DNA of 63,885 nt, the filler included, from an uncultured bacterium (GTDB lineage Bacteria > CAZSTA01), in NCBI GenBank assembly GCA_964609495.1. It is 4 parts of 4 records of this genome, joined end to end, with 100 filler letters (N's around TTAATTAATTAA, not from the genome) between each part and the next. Parts side by side here need not be neighbours in the genome. Positions count along the whole stretch, not along the records: positions 17,296 to 34,402 come from CAZSTA010000065.1; 3 more parts are not named here. One strand, written 5' to 3'. Numbering within the stretch: position 1 is the first letter of the stretch; each line of letters opens with the position of its first letter. A model generated the notes under the pieces. The model was not told the DNA's origin. It was given only the letters and a program-made list of their open reading frames with translations, and ran no database searches. Of this stretch, positions 19,412 through 27,546 are shown piece by piece. A program made the position numbers and the translations under genes.

Positions 19412-20425
19412 ATGAATTATAAAGAGCTATTAAATCAACTTAAACAGGGCGAGTTAGATAATCTCTATCTCCTCTATGGGGATGAAGATTTTCTCATAGA
19501 GAAAGCTTTGCAGGAGATAGTAACTAGAGTAGTCGATCCAAATTTCAAGGATTTCAACTTCGATCTGATAGAGGGTGATAAATCTATTAAAGCGGGGACA
19601 ATACGAGATCTAGCCAATACTCCTCCCCTCATGACAGAATGCAGATTAGTGATTGCTAAGGAGGTGGATAAACTCCCTATAGATGAACAGAGGATATTGT
19701 CTGCTTATCTTGCCTCTCTACCCTCTACCACTTGTTTAGTTCTTACCGCCCAAGGTATGGATAAAAGAACTAGGCTCTTCTCAGCCCTCAAGAAGAAGGG
19801 GCAGGTTATTAAATTCGATCCTCTAAACTCTCGTCAATTGCCCTCCTGGATAAAGGAAGAAGTTCGGCGGTTAAAGAAGAAGATAGATAATGAAGCTATC
19901 CACTATTTAGCTGAGGCTATTGGTAATAATTTGAGGCAGTTGCATACGGAGATAGAGAAGCTAGCAAGTTATATAGGGGATAGAGAGAAGATGGAGATAG
20001 AGGATGTGAAATCGGCGGTAGATATCTCCAGAGGCTATCTTATATTCGATCTGCTCGATGCTCTGGGAGAGCGGAGGAAAGATGAGGCTCTTTTTCTCTT
20101 ATCTAAGATGATAGAAACAGGAGAACCAGAGATCAAGATATTGTATATGATCGTTCGCCAGATCAGATTAATCTTACAGGCAAAGTTACTGAAAGCTAGT
20201 GGAGAATCTAACTCTCAGATAGTATCAACTCTAGGGCAACATCCTTATACCATAAAAAAATGCCTCGACCAGGGAGCTAAATTCTCTCTAGCTGAGCTTT
20301 ATAAAGCTATGGAGGATCTCTTTACGGTCGAGCTTAAAGTTAAAACTGGGCGCCTACCTTGGAAGCTCGCTTTAGAGATGTTAATTATCGAGTTAAGTGA
20401 AGTAGAAAATCGAGTTGTAAAATAG
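19412..20425 (+). CDS. holA: DNA polymerase III delta subunit
   Basis: YLLYGDEDFLI, EIEKLASY, IFDLLDA and HPYTIKK motifs; conserved convergence with rpsT. Confidence 0.93.
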   Translation: MNYKELLNQLKQGELDNLYLLYGDEDFLIEKALQEIVTRVVDPNFKDFNFDLIEGDKSIKAGTIRDLANTPPLMTECRLVIAKEVDKLPIDEQRILSAYLASLPSTTCLVLTAQGMDKRTRLFSALKKKGQVIKFDPLNSRQLPSWIKEEVRRLKKKIDNEAIHYLAEAIGNNLRQLHTEIEKLASYIGDREKMEIEDVKSAVDISRGYLIFDLLDALGERRKDEALFLLSKMIETGEPEIKILYMIVRQIRLILQAKLLKASGESNSQIVSTLGQHPYTIKKCLDQGAKFSLAELYKAMEDLFTVELKVKTGRLPWKLALEMLIIELSEVENRVVK

Positions 20426-20431
20426 AAGTTA

Positions 20432-20470
20432 GAAAACGGAAAATAGATTAGCTATCTAATCTCCGTTTTC
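20432..20470. terminator. Hairpin between the convergent holA and rpsT genes
   Basis: GAAAACGGA...TCCGTTTTC outer stem with inner AGATTAG/CTAATCT pairing. Confidence 0.55.
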
Positions 20471-20479
20471 AATCTTCAT

Positions 20480-20764
20480 TTAGACATTGGCAATTTCAGC
20501 TTCCGCCATTTTATTGACCTTACGAGTAAGCCTCGATTTCTTACGGTTTGCGTTGTTTTTGTGGATTATACCTTTAGAAGCTGTCTTATCAATAACCTTT
20601 ATAGCTCCACGGAGAGCTTCCTTAGCCGCATCTTGATCGCCAACCTCTATCGCTTTCAATACCTCCTTAATAGCGGTTTTCATCCTCGATTTAGCGGCGA
20701 CATTTCTCATTCTTCTCTTCTCGCTAGTTCTTAATCTCTTCAATGAAGATTTGATATTCGGCAT
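20480..20764 (-). CDS. rpsT: 30S ribosomal protein S20
   Basis: MPNIKSS.KR start and [18 protein letters not shown] motif. Confidence 0.98.
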   Translation of the reverse strand: MPNIKSSLKRLRTSEKRRMRNVAAKSRMKTAIKEVLKAIEVGDQDAAKEALRGAIKVIDKTASKGIIHKNNANRKKSRLTRKVNKMAEAEIANV

Positions 20765-20882
20765 ATATCTCCTCCTTAGTTATCTGAATTCAATAGTTTG
20801 ATATTCCCACCCTATTCCTCGGACATCTCCTCCTCGGAGAAGAGGAGGGGTAGGAAAGATCTTAATTATATAAACCCCTAAG

Positions 20883-20911
20883 ATTTTATCATATCTTGGG
20901 CTTAAATGCAA
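20883..20911 (-). promoter_or_regulatory. sigma70 promoter of rpsT
   Basis: TTGCAT-17nt-TAAAAT with extended TGn on the minus strand. Confidence 0.6.
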
Positions 20912-20929
20912 GTGGTTTTCAGATTTTTA

Positions 20930-20958
20930 TTGTCAAACAGCAAAAAATATGATATAAT
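20930..20958 (+). promoter_or_regulatory. sigma70 promoter, divergent from rpsT
   Basis: TTGTCA-17nt-TATAAT with extended TGn. Confidence 0.7.
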
Positions 20959-20992
20959 AAAAATAAAATTTACTTTGTAGGGGGCGAATTTT

Positions 20993-21343
20993 ATGGAAAT
21001 CTGGGATCAAATTAGAGAGGGTGCTAAAACTGTTGCTGATAGAGCTAAGGAGTTAGCTGAGACCACGAGAATAAATTCTGAGATCGCGAATCTCAATCGT
21101 AATAAGTCAGATAAAATTAAGCAGATAGGTGATTTGATCTACAAGTATTATTCAGAGGGTGAGTTAAAGATCTCCAATGAAGTACGTACGCTGTGTGAGG
21201 AAATTAAAGGTCTGGACGATCAGATAGCTGCTAAAGAGGAGGAGATCGAGGAGGTAAAGAGGAAATATAGAGCTGAAGAGGATACTACTACAACGAGCGA
21301 GAAAAAAGTAGAGGAAGAAGAGGAAAAGGAAGGGTCTGATTGA
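20993..21343 (+). CDS. Coiled-coil hypothetical protein with an acidic tail
   Basis: 116 aa with its own promoter and RBS; helical pattern (QIGDLIYKYY, LCEEIK). Confidence 0.7.
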   Translation: MEIWDQIREGAKTVADRAKELAETTRINSEIANLNRNKSDKIKQIGDLIYKYYSEGELKISNEVRTLCEEIKGLDDQIAAKEEEIEEVKRKYRAEEDTTTTSEKKVEEEEEKEGSD

Positions 21344-21474
21344 TATTTAATGGGAGAGAGATGTTAATTATCGTCTTTATTATTAGTTGGTATGCTTCAC
21401 TAAAAGCTGATCAAGATCAGCTAGGGGCTAGCTCATAGCTGGTTTTTTTGATTATATAGTCAGGATACGAACCA

Positions 21475-22569
21475 GTGTATAAGACAGATATAGGGGTGGT
21501 TGGAGCAGGACCCGCAGGATCGCATTTAGCCTTTCGCCTGGCTAAAGAGGGAAGAGATGTCCTTCTGCTCGATGATTCTCATCCTCGAGAGAAACCTTGT
21601 GGGGGAGGGATATCGGTCTTAGCGCTTCAGAAGTTTCCCTCATTAAATGATTATCGGTCTCTTGGGCATTCCACTGATCTCTTCCAACTTATCTCTCCTA
21701 GAGGAAGGATAGCAAAAGTATCTGGAAATAAGGAAGGATTCATAATATCAAGAAGGATATTAGATGAGGCATTACTGAAGAAAGCTCTATCCTGGGGAGC
21801 ACGATTGATACCGGCGTATGTGAGAGAGATAGAGCGAGATGGAGATAGGTGGATACTCGGAGCTGATGGTGAGAGGGTAGAATGTCGAATCTTGATCGGT
21901 GCGGATGGAGTGCATAGTTTGGTGAGACGAAGGGTTATAGGTAAGATTCCAATTCACTCTCTATCATTGACCTCTGGATATTTTATAACAGGTTATCCTG
22001 ATGATATTCAACCAATTATCAAATTTACACCCTTTCGGGGCTATATTTGGGCATTCCCTCGCTTAGATCATGCTAGTGTGGGAGGAGGAGGACCTACTGA
22101 GAAGGCGAAGATAGTCAAGGCTAGCGTTAAAGAATTTCTCGATTCGTTTACTTTCAACTTCGAGATTATAGGGAAGTGGACTTGTTTCATCCCTTTTATC
22201 AGCAATCCTAAATTCTTCGATTTACCTTGTGCTGGAGAGGATTGGATTCTGATCGGGGATGCGGCGGGGCATGTCGATCCAATAACTGGAGAAGGGATAT
22301 TATACGCTTTGTGGTCGGCTGATCTAGCCGCCGATGCTATTTTAAATAGTAATATATCTGAATATGATGTTAGCTGGCGCAAGGAGTATGGAAAGCACTT
22401 GAAGATCGGAAGCAGACTAAGTAAAATTTTCTACAAATCCTATGTTATAGAAACAATTATCAAAATAGCATCCAGAAATAGGAAGGTGAATAAGCTACTC
22501 TATGGCATCTTGGGAAGTGAGCTTAGTTATGATCGTTTATGGGGAGAGTTGCTCCCCAGATGTTTATAG
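21475..22569 (+). CDS. Geranylgeranyl reductase family FAD oxidoreductase
   Basis: GAGPAG, REKPCGGG, GADG, GYIWAFP and GDAAG.VDPITGEGI motifs. Confidence 0.85.
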   Translation: MYKTDIGVVGAGPAGSHLAFRLAKEGRDVLLLDDSHPREKPCGGGISVLALQKFPSLNDYRSLGHSTDLFQLISPRGRIAKVSGNKEGFIISRRILDEALLKKALSWGARLIPAYVREIERDGDRWILGADGERVECRILIGADGVHSLVRRRVIGKIPIHSLSLTSGYFITGYPDDIQPIIKFTPFRGYIWAFPRLDHASVGGGGPTEKAKIVKASVKEFLDSFTFNFEIIGKWTCFIPFISNPKFFDLPCAGEDWILIGDAAGHVDPITGEGILYALWSADLAADAILNSNISEYDVSWRKEYGKHLKIGSRLSKIFYKSYVIETIIKIASRNRKVNKLLYGILGSELSYDRLWGELLPRCL

Positions 22570-22582
22570 AATATATTGGAGT

Positions 22583-22617
22583 GTCAACTACCCCTACTGA
22601 TTTTTAATCAGTAGGGG
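22583..22617 (+). repeat. Hairpin resembling an IS200/IS605-family end
   Basis: GTCAACTA followed by a 12-bp perfect stem CCCCTACTGATT/AATCAGTAGGGG; no transposase nearby. Confidence 0.45.
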
Positions 22618-22643
22618 ACTCCGTGCCTGATTTGAGGTGAAAG

Positions 22644-23900
22644 ATGTCCGATTATGAGGTCATAGTCATTGGGGGAGGACCAGGTGGTGCTTTGTGTGCT
22701 AAACGTTTAGCTAAGGGTGGTTTGAAAACCCTCCTATTAGAGAAGGGAGGGGGGAAGAGACATAAATCCTGTGCAGGTGGAATAAGTCAATTTGCCTATC
22801 TGCTGGCGCCTTTTCCCCAGGATATAGTGGAGAGAGAGATTACTGGTGGGACTATGGTATCTGCTTCTGGAGACCGACTTAGGGTGACAAGCGTTGCGCC
22901 AGAAGAAAGAGGGTATAATGTTTATCGAAGTGAATATGATGCCTGGTTGAGGGGAGAGGCGTCGAAAGCTGGAGCGGAGATAAGGCTTAATACTAAAGCT
23001 GAGTCTCTCGATATCGGAGATGGAGGAGTCGAGATCGAGATCGATTCTCCCGCGGGGAAAGAGAAGGTGAAAGCGGAGGTTGTAGTGGGAGCCTTCGGGG
23101 CGGTCTCACCTCTTTACAAATTTTTAAAGCTCGATAAATCCAGAAGATATATCTATACTATGCAATATGAATTCAGCCTTCCTCGGGAGGTTATAGATGA
23201 ACGTATTGGAGATGTTATAGAGATATACTTGGGAAGTAGATATGCTAAGTGGGGTTATGTTTGGATTTTCCCCAAAAGAGAGGGATTGAACATTGGACTT
23301 CTAAGCACTCCCGGAACTAAGAATTTGGAAGGGCTATTGATCGACTTTATGGAAAATCACCCTGTAGCCTCCGAGAAGTTGAAGGGGGTCATTCCTAATG
23401 AAATCGAGGGGCGCTATCGCTTTTCAGCTCCCATACCTTGGGGAATACTCTCTAAAACTTATGGCAGGAGATTTCTTCTGGTAGGCGACGCTGGAGGATT
23501 CGTCGATCCGCTCACTTGTGAGGGGATCGGTAACGCTCTCAAATCAGCTTTGATCGCCGCGGATGTGATTTTAGAAGCTTTCGGAGGAGGAAATTTCTCG
23601 GAGGATTATCTGGCTGAATATCAAAGAAGATGGAAGGGAGAGATTTTTGATGTCGATATCAGATATGGTAATAAGCTTCGGAGATTATTATATAATCCCG
23701 CTTGGGCAAATGAGATGAGCGAGATTATAGTATCTCTTGGCAGACAATCCGAATCTCTTGAATCCTCAGTACTCTGGTTAATGAATCACTCTCGAACGAG
23801 ACGGGAGATATATAATCTAATTATGTCCCATAAGTTTAAATTATTGAAGATGTTAAAGCCTAGGACTATTTTGAGGATGATCCCTAAGCTTTTATCTTAA
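22644..23900 (+). CDS. Geranylgeranyl reductase family FAD oxidoreductase (second paralog)
   Basis: GGGPGG, HKSCAGG, GYVWIFPK and GDAGGFVDPLTCEGI motifs. Confidence 0.85.
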   Translation: MSDYEVIVIGGGPGGALCAKRLAKGGLKTLLLEKGGGKRHKSCAGGISQFAYLLAPFPQDIVEREITGGTMVSASGDRLRVTSVAPEERGYNVYRSEYDAWLRGEASKAGAEIRLNTKAESLDIGDGGVEIEIDSPAGKEKVKAEVVVGAFGAVSPLYKFLKLDKSRRYIYTMQYEFSLPREVIDERIGDVIEIYLGSRYAKWGYVWIFPKREGLNIGLLSTPGTKNLEGLLIDFMENHPVASEKLKGVIPNEIEGRYRFSAPIPWGILSKTYGRRFLLVGDAGGFVDPLTCEGIGNALKSALIAADVILEAFGGGNFSEDYLAEYQRRWKGEIFDVDIRYGNKLRRLLYNPAWANEMSEIIVSLGRQSESLESSVLWLMNHSRTRREIYNLIMSHKFKLLKMLKPRTILRMIPKLLS

Positions 23901-23910
23901 AAATATATAA

Positions 23911-24255
23911 TTGGAAGAAGAGATGCAAGGGATTAGGTTAACGCTAGATACTAAGTGGGGTGATTTATTATGCCCATCGTTACTATTTACCTCTAAGAAT
24001 CTAAAATCGATTATAGATCGTTATTTGATGGAGAATCAGATTAAGGATAATGACCAGTTGATAGTGATCTCTAGTAAGGATAGATTGATTATTAAAGAGA
24101 GAATAGTTAGCGATGAAGTTATAAAGAGAGATTTAGAGATAGTTGATAAGCTATCAGGACTGGTTAAGAGTAGAGGAGTGATAGATATCGAAGAGATGAT
24201 GGAATTAAGGAGCTTCGATGATGAAGAGGGTATAGTTGATCTAGAAAGGAGGTGA
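23911..24255 (+). CDS. Hypothetical protein with weak resemblance to AbrB/MazE-like antitoxins
   Basis: Segment QIKDNDQLIVISSKDRLIIK and an acidic C-terminus. Confidence 0.4.
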   Translation: MEEEMQGIRLTLDTKWGDLLCPSLLFTSKNLKSIIDRYLMENQIKDNDQLIVISSKDRLIIKERIVSDEVIKRDLEIVDKLSGLVKSRGVIDIEEMMELRSFDDEEGIVDLERR

Positions 24256-24345
24256 GGTCTTTCAGTTACTGATAAGGTTTTTCTATATCAAACTAGATCA
24301 AATCAAATACGAAGTATAGACTAAATTTAAGGAGGGATTGAATTT

Positions 24346-25311
24346 ATGAAGTTAGGTGTCCTTACCGCTATGTTTCAGGATCAACCTTTGGGGCAAGCAT
24401 TAGACTATATAGTTAAGTCTGGAGTTCAGGCAGTGGAGATCGGTGCTGGTAATTATGTAGGCAAGAGCCATTGTGATCCTGATATTCTTCTGGCCGATGA
24501 GAAGAAGCTAAAAGAGTTCAAGAAGATGATCGATGATAGGGGATTAGAGCTCAGCGCTCTTAGCTGTCACGGCAATCCCTTACATCCTGATAAGGATTTT
24601 GCCAAAGCGAATATCGAGGCGCAACATAAGACTATATTAGTGGCTGAGAAGTTGGGACTTCCTCGTATAAACACCTTCTCTGGTTGCCCTGGTGGTTCTG
24701 AGGATGACAAAACCCCCAACTGGGTAACCTGTCCTTGGCCTCCTGATTTCTCCGAGATAGTCAAGTGGCAGTGGGAAGAGAAGGTTATCCCCTTCTGGGA
24801 AGAGGAGGTCAAGTTCGCCAACGATCACGGAGTTAAGGAGATCTGTTTGGAGATGCACCCCAACTTCGTGGTCTATAATACCGAAACCTTGCTTAAACTG
24901 AGGGAAGCTGTCGGGGAAACCATCGGGGCGAACTTCGATCCCAGCCATCTCTTCTGGCAAGGGATGGATCCTCTGGCTTCCGTCCGAAAGCTGGGGAAAG
25001 CTATCTATCATGTTCATGCCAAGGATACGAAGATCGATCCATATAATACGGCGGTCAACGGCGTCTTGGATACTAAGTCTTATGCCGATGAGATCAATAG
25101 ATCTTGGATCTTCCGCTCCGTTGGATATGGAAATTCTATTGAGTTCTGGAAGGATTTCGTAAGCAATCTTCGCCTTGTTGGTTATGACGGAGTCCTCTCC
25201 ATCGAGCATGAGGATAGCTTAATGTCCGCCAATGAAGGCTTCCAGAAGGCGGTTGCTCTGCTGAAGGAAGTTCTGATCACCGAGAAGCTCGGAGCTATGT
25301 GGTGGGCATAA
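24346..25311 (+). CDS. Sugar phosphate isomerase/epimerase family (AP-endonuclease-2 / xylose-isomerase-like TIM barrel)
   Basis: Metal-ligand motifs LEMHP, NFDPSH, HVHAKD and SIEHED. Confidence 0.88.
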   Translation: MKLGVLTAMFQDQPLGQALDYIVKSGVQAVEIGAGNYVGKSHCDPDILLADEKKLKEFKKMIDDRGLELSALSCHGNPLHPDKDFAKANIEAQHKTILVAEKLGLPRINTFSGCPGGSEDDKTPNWVTCPWPPDFSEIVKWQWEEKVIPFWEEEVKFANDHGVKEICLEMHPNFVVYNTETLLKLREAVGETIGANFDPSHLFWQGMDPLASVRKLGKAIYHVHAKDTKIDPYNTAVNGVLDTKSYADEINRSWIFRSVGYGNSIEFWKDFVSNLRLVGYDGVLSIEHEDSLMSANEGFQKAVALLKEVLITEKLGAMWWA

Positions 25312-25329
25312 TTAGTTGATAATCCGAAA

Positions 25330-25362
25330 GTGGTCGCTAGGCCGGATAGACCTAGCGACCAC
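25330..25362 (+). other. Intergenic stem-loop (stabiliser or attenuator)
   Basis: 12-bp perfect stem GTGGTCGCTAGG/CCTAGCGACCAC with no U tract. Confidence 0.6.
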
Positions 25363-25394
25363 GTAGCATAATTTAGAAGGAGGTATTATAACTT

Positions 25395-26594
25395 ATGGCA
25401 GAAGAGAAGAAAGTTGGATTCGTGACTATGGGCGAAGCCGAAGAAATAAAGGAGGTCCCTGTAATAGGAGTGGGGATGCTCGGCTACGCCTTTATGGGTA
25501 AAGCTCATACTAACGCTTATAAGAAGATACCCTATATTGTCTGGCCACCTCCAGCTATCCCCAAGTTAGTGGCTATCGCAGGGAGGACTAAGGATAGGGT
25601 GGCCGCCGCAGCGCAACGTTTCGGCTTCGAGAAATACTATACCGATTGGAAGGAAATGATCGCTGATGACGAAGTGCAGTTATTCGATAACGTTGGTCCG
25701 AATAATATGCATTCAGAGCCTTGTATTGCCGCAGCCGAGGCGGGGAAGCATATAATCTGTGAGAAGCCTCTCGCTCGAAATGCGGAGGAAGCTAAGAGGA
25801 TGTTGGAGGCAGCCAACAAAGCTGGCGTCAAAAATATGTGTGCCTTCAACTATCGCTTTGTGCCTGCTGTTCGCCTGATCAAGAACTTGATCGATGAGGG
25901 AGCATTGGGAGAGATATTTCATTTCCGCGCTAAGTATCTTCAGGAGTGGATCACCGATCCCAACTTCCCGCTTATATGGAGATTGCAGAAGGATGTGTCT
26001 GGCAGTGGAGCCTTAGGCGATCTTGGTGCTCATGTCATCGACTTAGCTAGATTCCTAGTAGGCGAACCGAAGAGCGTTAGCGGTCTGCTGAAGACCTTCA
26101 TCACCGAGCGACCTCTCTCCGATGATCCTTCTAAGAAGGGCAAGGTCGAGGTTGACGATGCCTTCGAATCGATCTTCGAGTTCGAAAATGGTGCGGTAGG
26201 AACAATAGAGGCCTCTCGCTTCGCTCCTGGTAGGAAGAACGCGAACGTCTTGGAGATCAATGGCTCGAAGGGTAGCGTTGCCTTCAATCTGGAGAGGATG
26301 AACGAACTAGAGATCTATATGGTTGATGATAAGCCTGAGATAGTGGGCTTCCATCGGGTCAGCGTTACTGAGGCTTATCATCCCTTCTGGGAAAACTGGT
26401 GGCCTCAAGGACACATCATCGGCTGGGAGCACACCTTCGTCCATGAGATGTCTCATCTCCTTGATGCCATTGTCAATGACAAGGAGGTCGCGCCTTATGG
26501 AGCTACCTTCGAGGATGGCTATAAGTGTGCGGTGATCTGCGACGCTATCGTTGAATCCTCCAAGATGGGCAAGAGGGTTGAGATCAAATACTGA
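25395..26594 (+). CDS. Gfo/Idh/MocA NAD-dependent sugar dehydrogenase (levoglucosan/glycoside 3-dehydrogenase-like)
   Basis: FMGKAH, CEKPLA, FNYR, YLQEW and GALGDLGAH motifs. Confidence 0.9.
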   Translation: MAEEKKVGFVTMGEAEEIKEVPVIGVGMLGYAFMGKAHTNAYKKIPYIVWPPPAIPKLVAIAGRTKDRVAAAAQRFGFEKYYTDWKEMIADDEVQLFDNVGPNNMHSEPCIAAAEAGKHIICEKPLARNAEEAKRMLEAANKAGVKNMCAFNYRFVPAVRLIKNLIDEGALGEIFHFRAKYLQEWITDPNFPLIWRLQKDVSGSGALGDLGAHVIDLARFLVGEPKSVSGLLKTFITERPLSDDPSKKGKVEVDDAFESIFEFENGAVGTIEASRFAPGRKNANVLEINGSKGSVAFNLERMNELEIYMVDDKPEIVGFHRVSVTEAYHPFWENWWPQGHIIGWEHTFVHEMSHLLDAIVNDKEVAPYGATFEDGYKCAVICDAIVESSKMGKRVEIKY

Positions 26595-26616
26595 TATCGG
26601 GCGATATCAGTTTATT
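26591..26616 (+). terminator. Intrinsic terminator overlapping the stop codon
   Basis: CTGATATCG-GG-CGATATCAG followed by TTTATT. Confidence 0.6.
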
Positions 26617-26630
26617 AGTTCTAATTAGTA

Positions 26631-26976
26631 GGTCGGTTCCTCCAGAATGGTCTTTGAGTAGATAATCGGAGTATCATATTATTAGCTTTTCGCTAGGGGG
26701 TTCAAGACATAATTCCCCCCTCACCCTATCCCTCTCCCACGAGGGGAGAGGGAATATCCAGATAGGACTGCTCTTATTATTCCCCTCCCTCGATGGGAGG
26801 GGTTAGAGGAGGGTGTAAAGGAAACTTTCTAACCTTATATATTTTTGGAGGTGAAAGTTACCAGAACGCTTGAGTTTTGTTGCCGGCAAAAGTTTCCTTT
26901 ATTTAAGGTGGGTTTGAGTTCTAACAGGAGAAAAATCTTCATAGTCTAGGCAAAGACCAGAATGGAGGAACTGCCC
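26631..26976. mobile_element. Non-autonomous MITE-like element carrying the fullest copy of the repeat family
   Basis: Imperfect 32-bp terminal inverted repeats (26631-26662 and 26945-26976, 25/32 match) enclose repeat modules A, B and C (26700-26906); no ORF. Confidence 0.55.
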
Positions 26977-27085
26977 ATTTGACTGCTCAGGGTCTTATAT
27001 CTACCATAATCGGATATTGAAAGGATTTATTCTTGATTATTGTCTATTTAGATAAGTAAGTATTAGAAAGCAGAGAGGGAGAGAT

Positions 27086-27499
27086 ATAATCAGAAAGGCT
27101 CTTATCCTAATTTTGAGCTTAGGTATTCTATTGGTAAGGAATTATACTTCTGTATCGGGGGTAGAGGTTCTCACTGTAAAACCAGAAATATTGACTCTGG
27201 GGATAGACGAGGCTTGGCTACCATTTCAATATAAGGATGGGAATAGCCTTGTCAACGGCTTTGATGTGGAATTAGCTATCGCTATTGCCGAGAAGCTAGG
27301 ATTAAAGGTGAAGATAGCTACTGCTCGTCTCGATAGGATTCAAGTTATGTTACGTGCTGGAAAGATCGATGCTATAATAGGTTTACCTCCTACTGCTGGG
27401 CGGAGGAAGATATTTAGCTTTAGTGAACCTTATGCTACTAGAGGGACTGCTATTTTCGTGCTTGAGGATTCTCCTATAATGAAGATAAAGGACCTCTAA
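27086..27499 (+). pseudogene. Truncated amino-acid ABC substrate-binding protein (family 3)
   Basis: PFQY, GFDVELA, GKIDAI and FSEPY motifs are present, but the ORF stops at about half normal length. The signal peptide begins at ATA 27086 behind an SD-like GAGGGAG, suggesting a lost ATG. Confidence 0.7.
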
Positions 27500-27546
27500 A
27501 GGAGTTTGAAGCATAAATTATCATATATTACAAGGGGGATTGATAT

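Noticed and set aside
21475-23900. Evidence for archaeal-type lipid synthesis
   Set aside because: The reductase family is broad and no GGGP/DGGGP synthase is in the window.
23911-24255. Complete toxin-antitoxin pair
   Set aside because: The antitoxin resemblance is weak and no toxin ORF follows.
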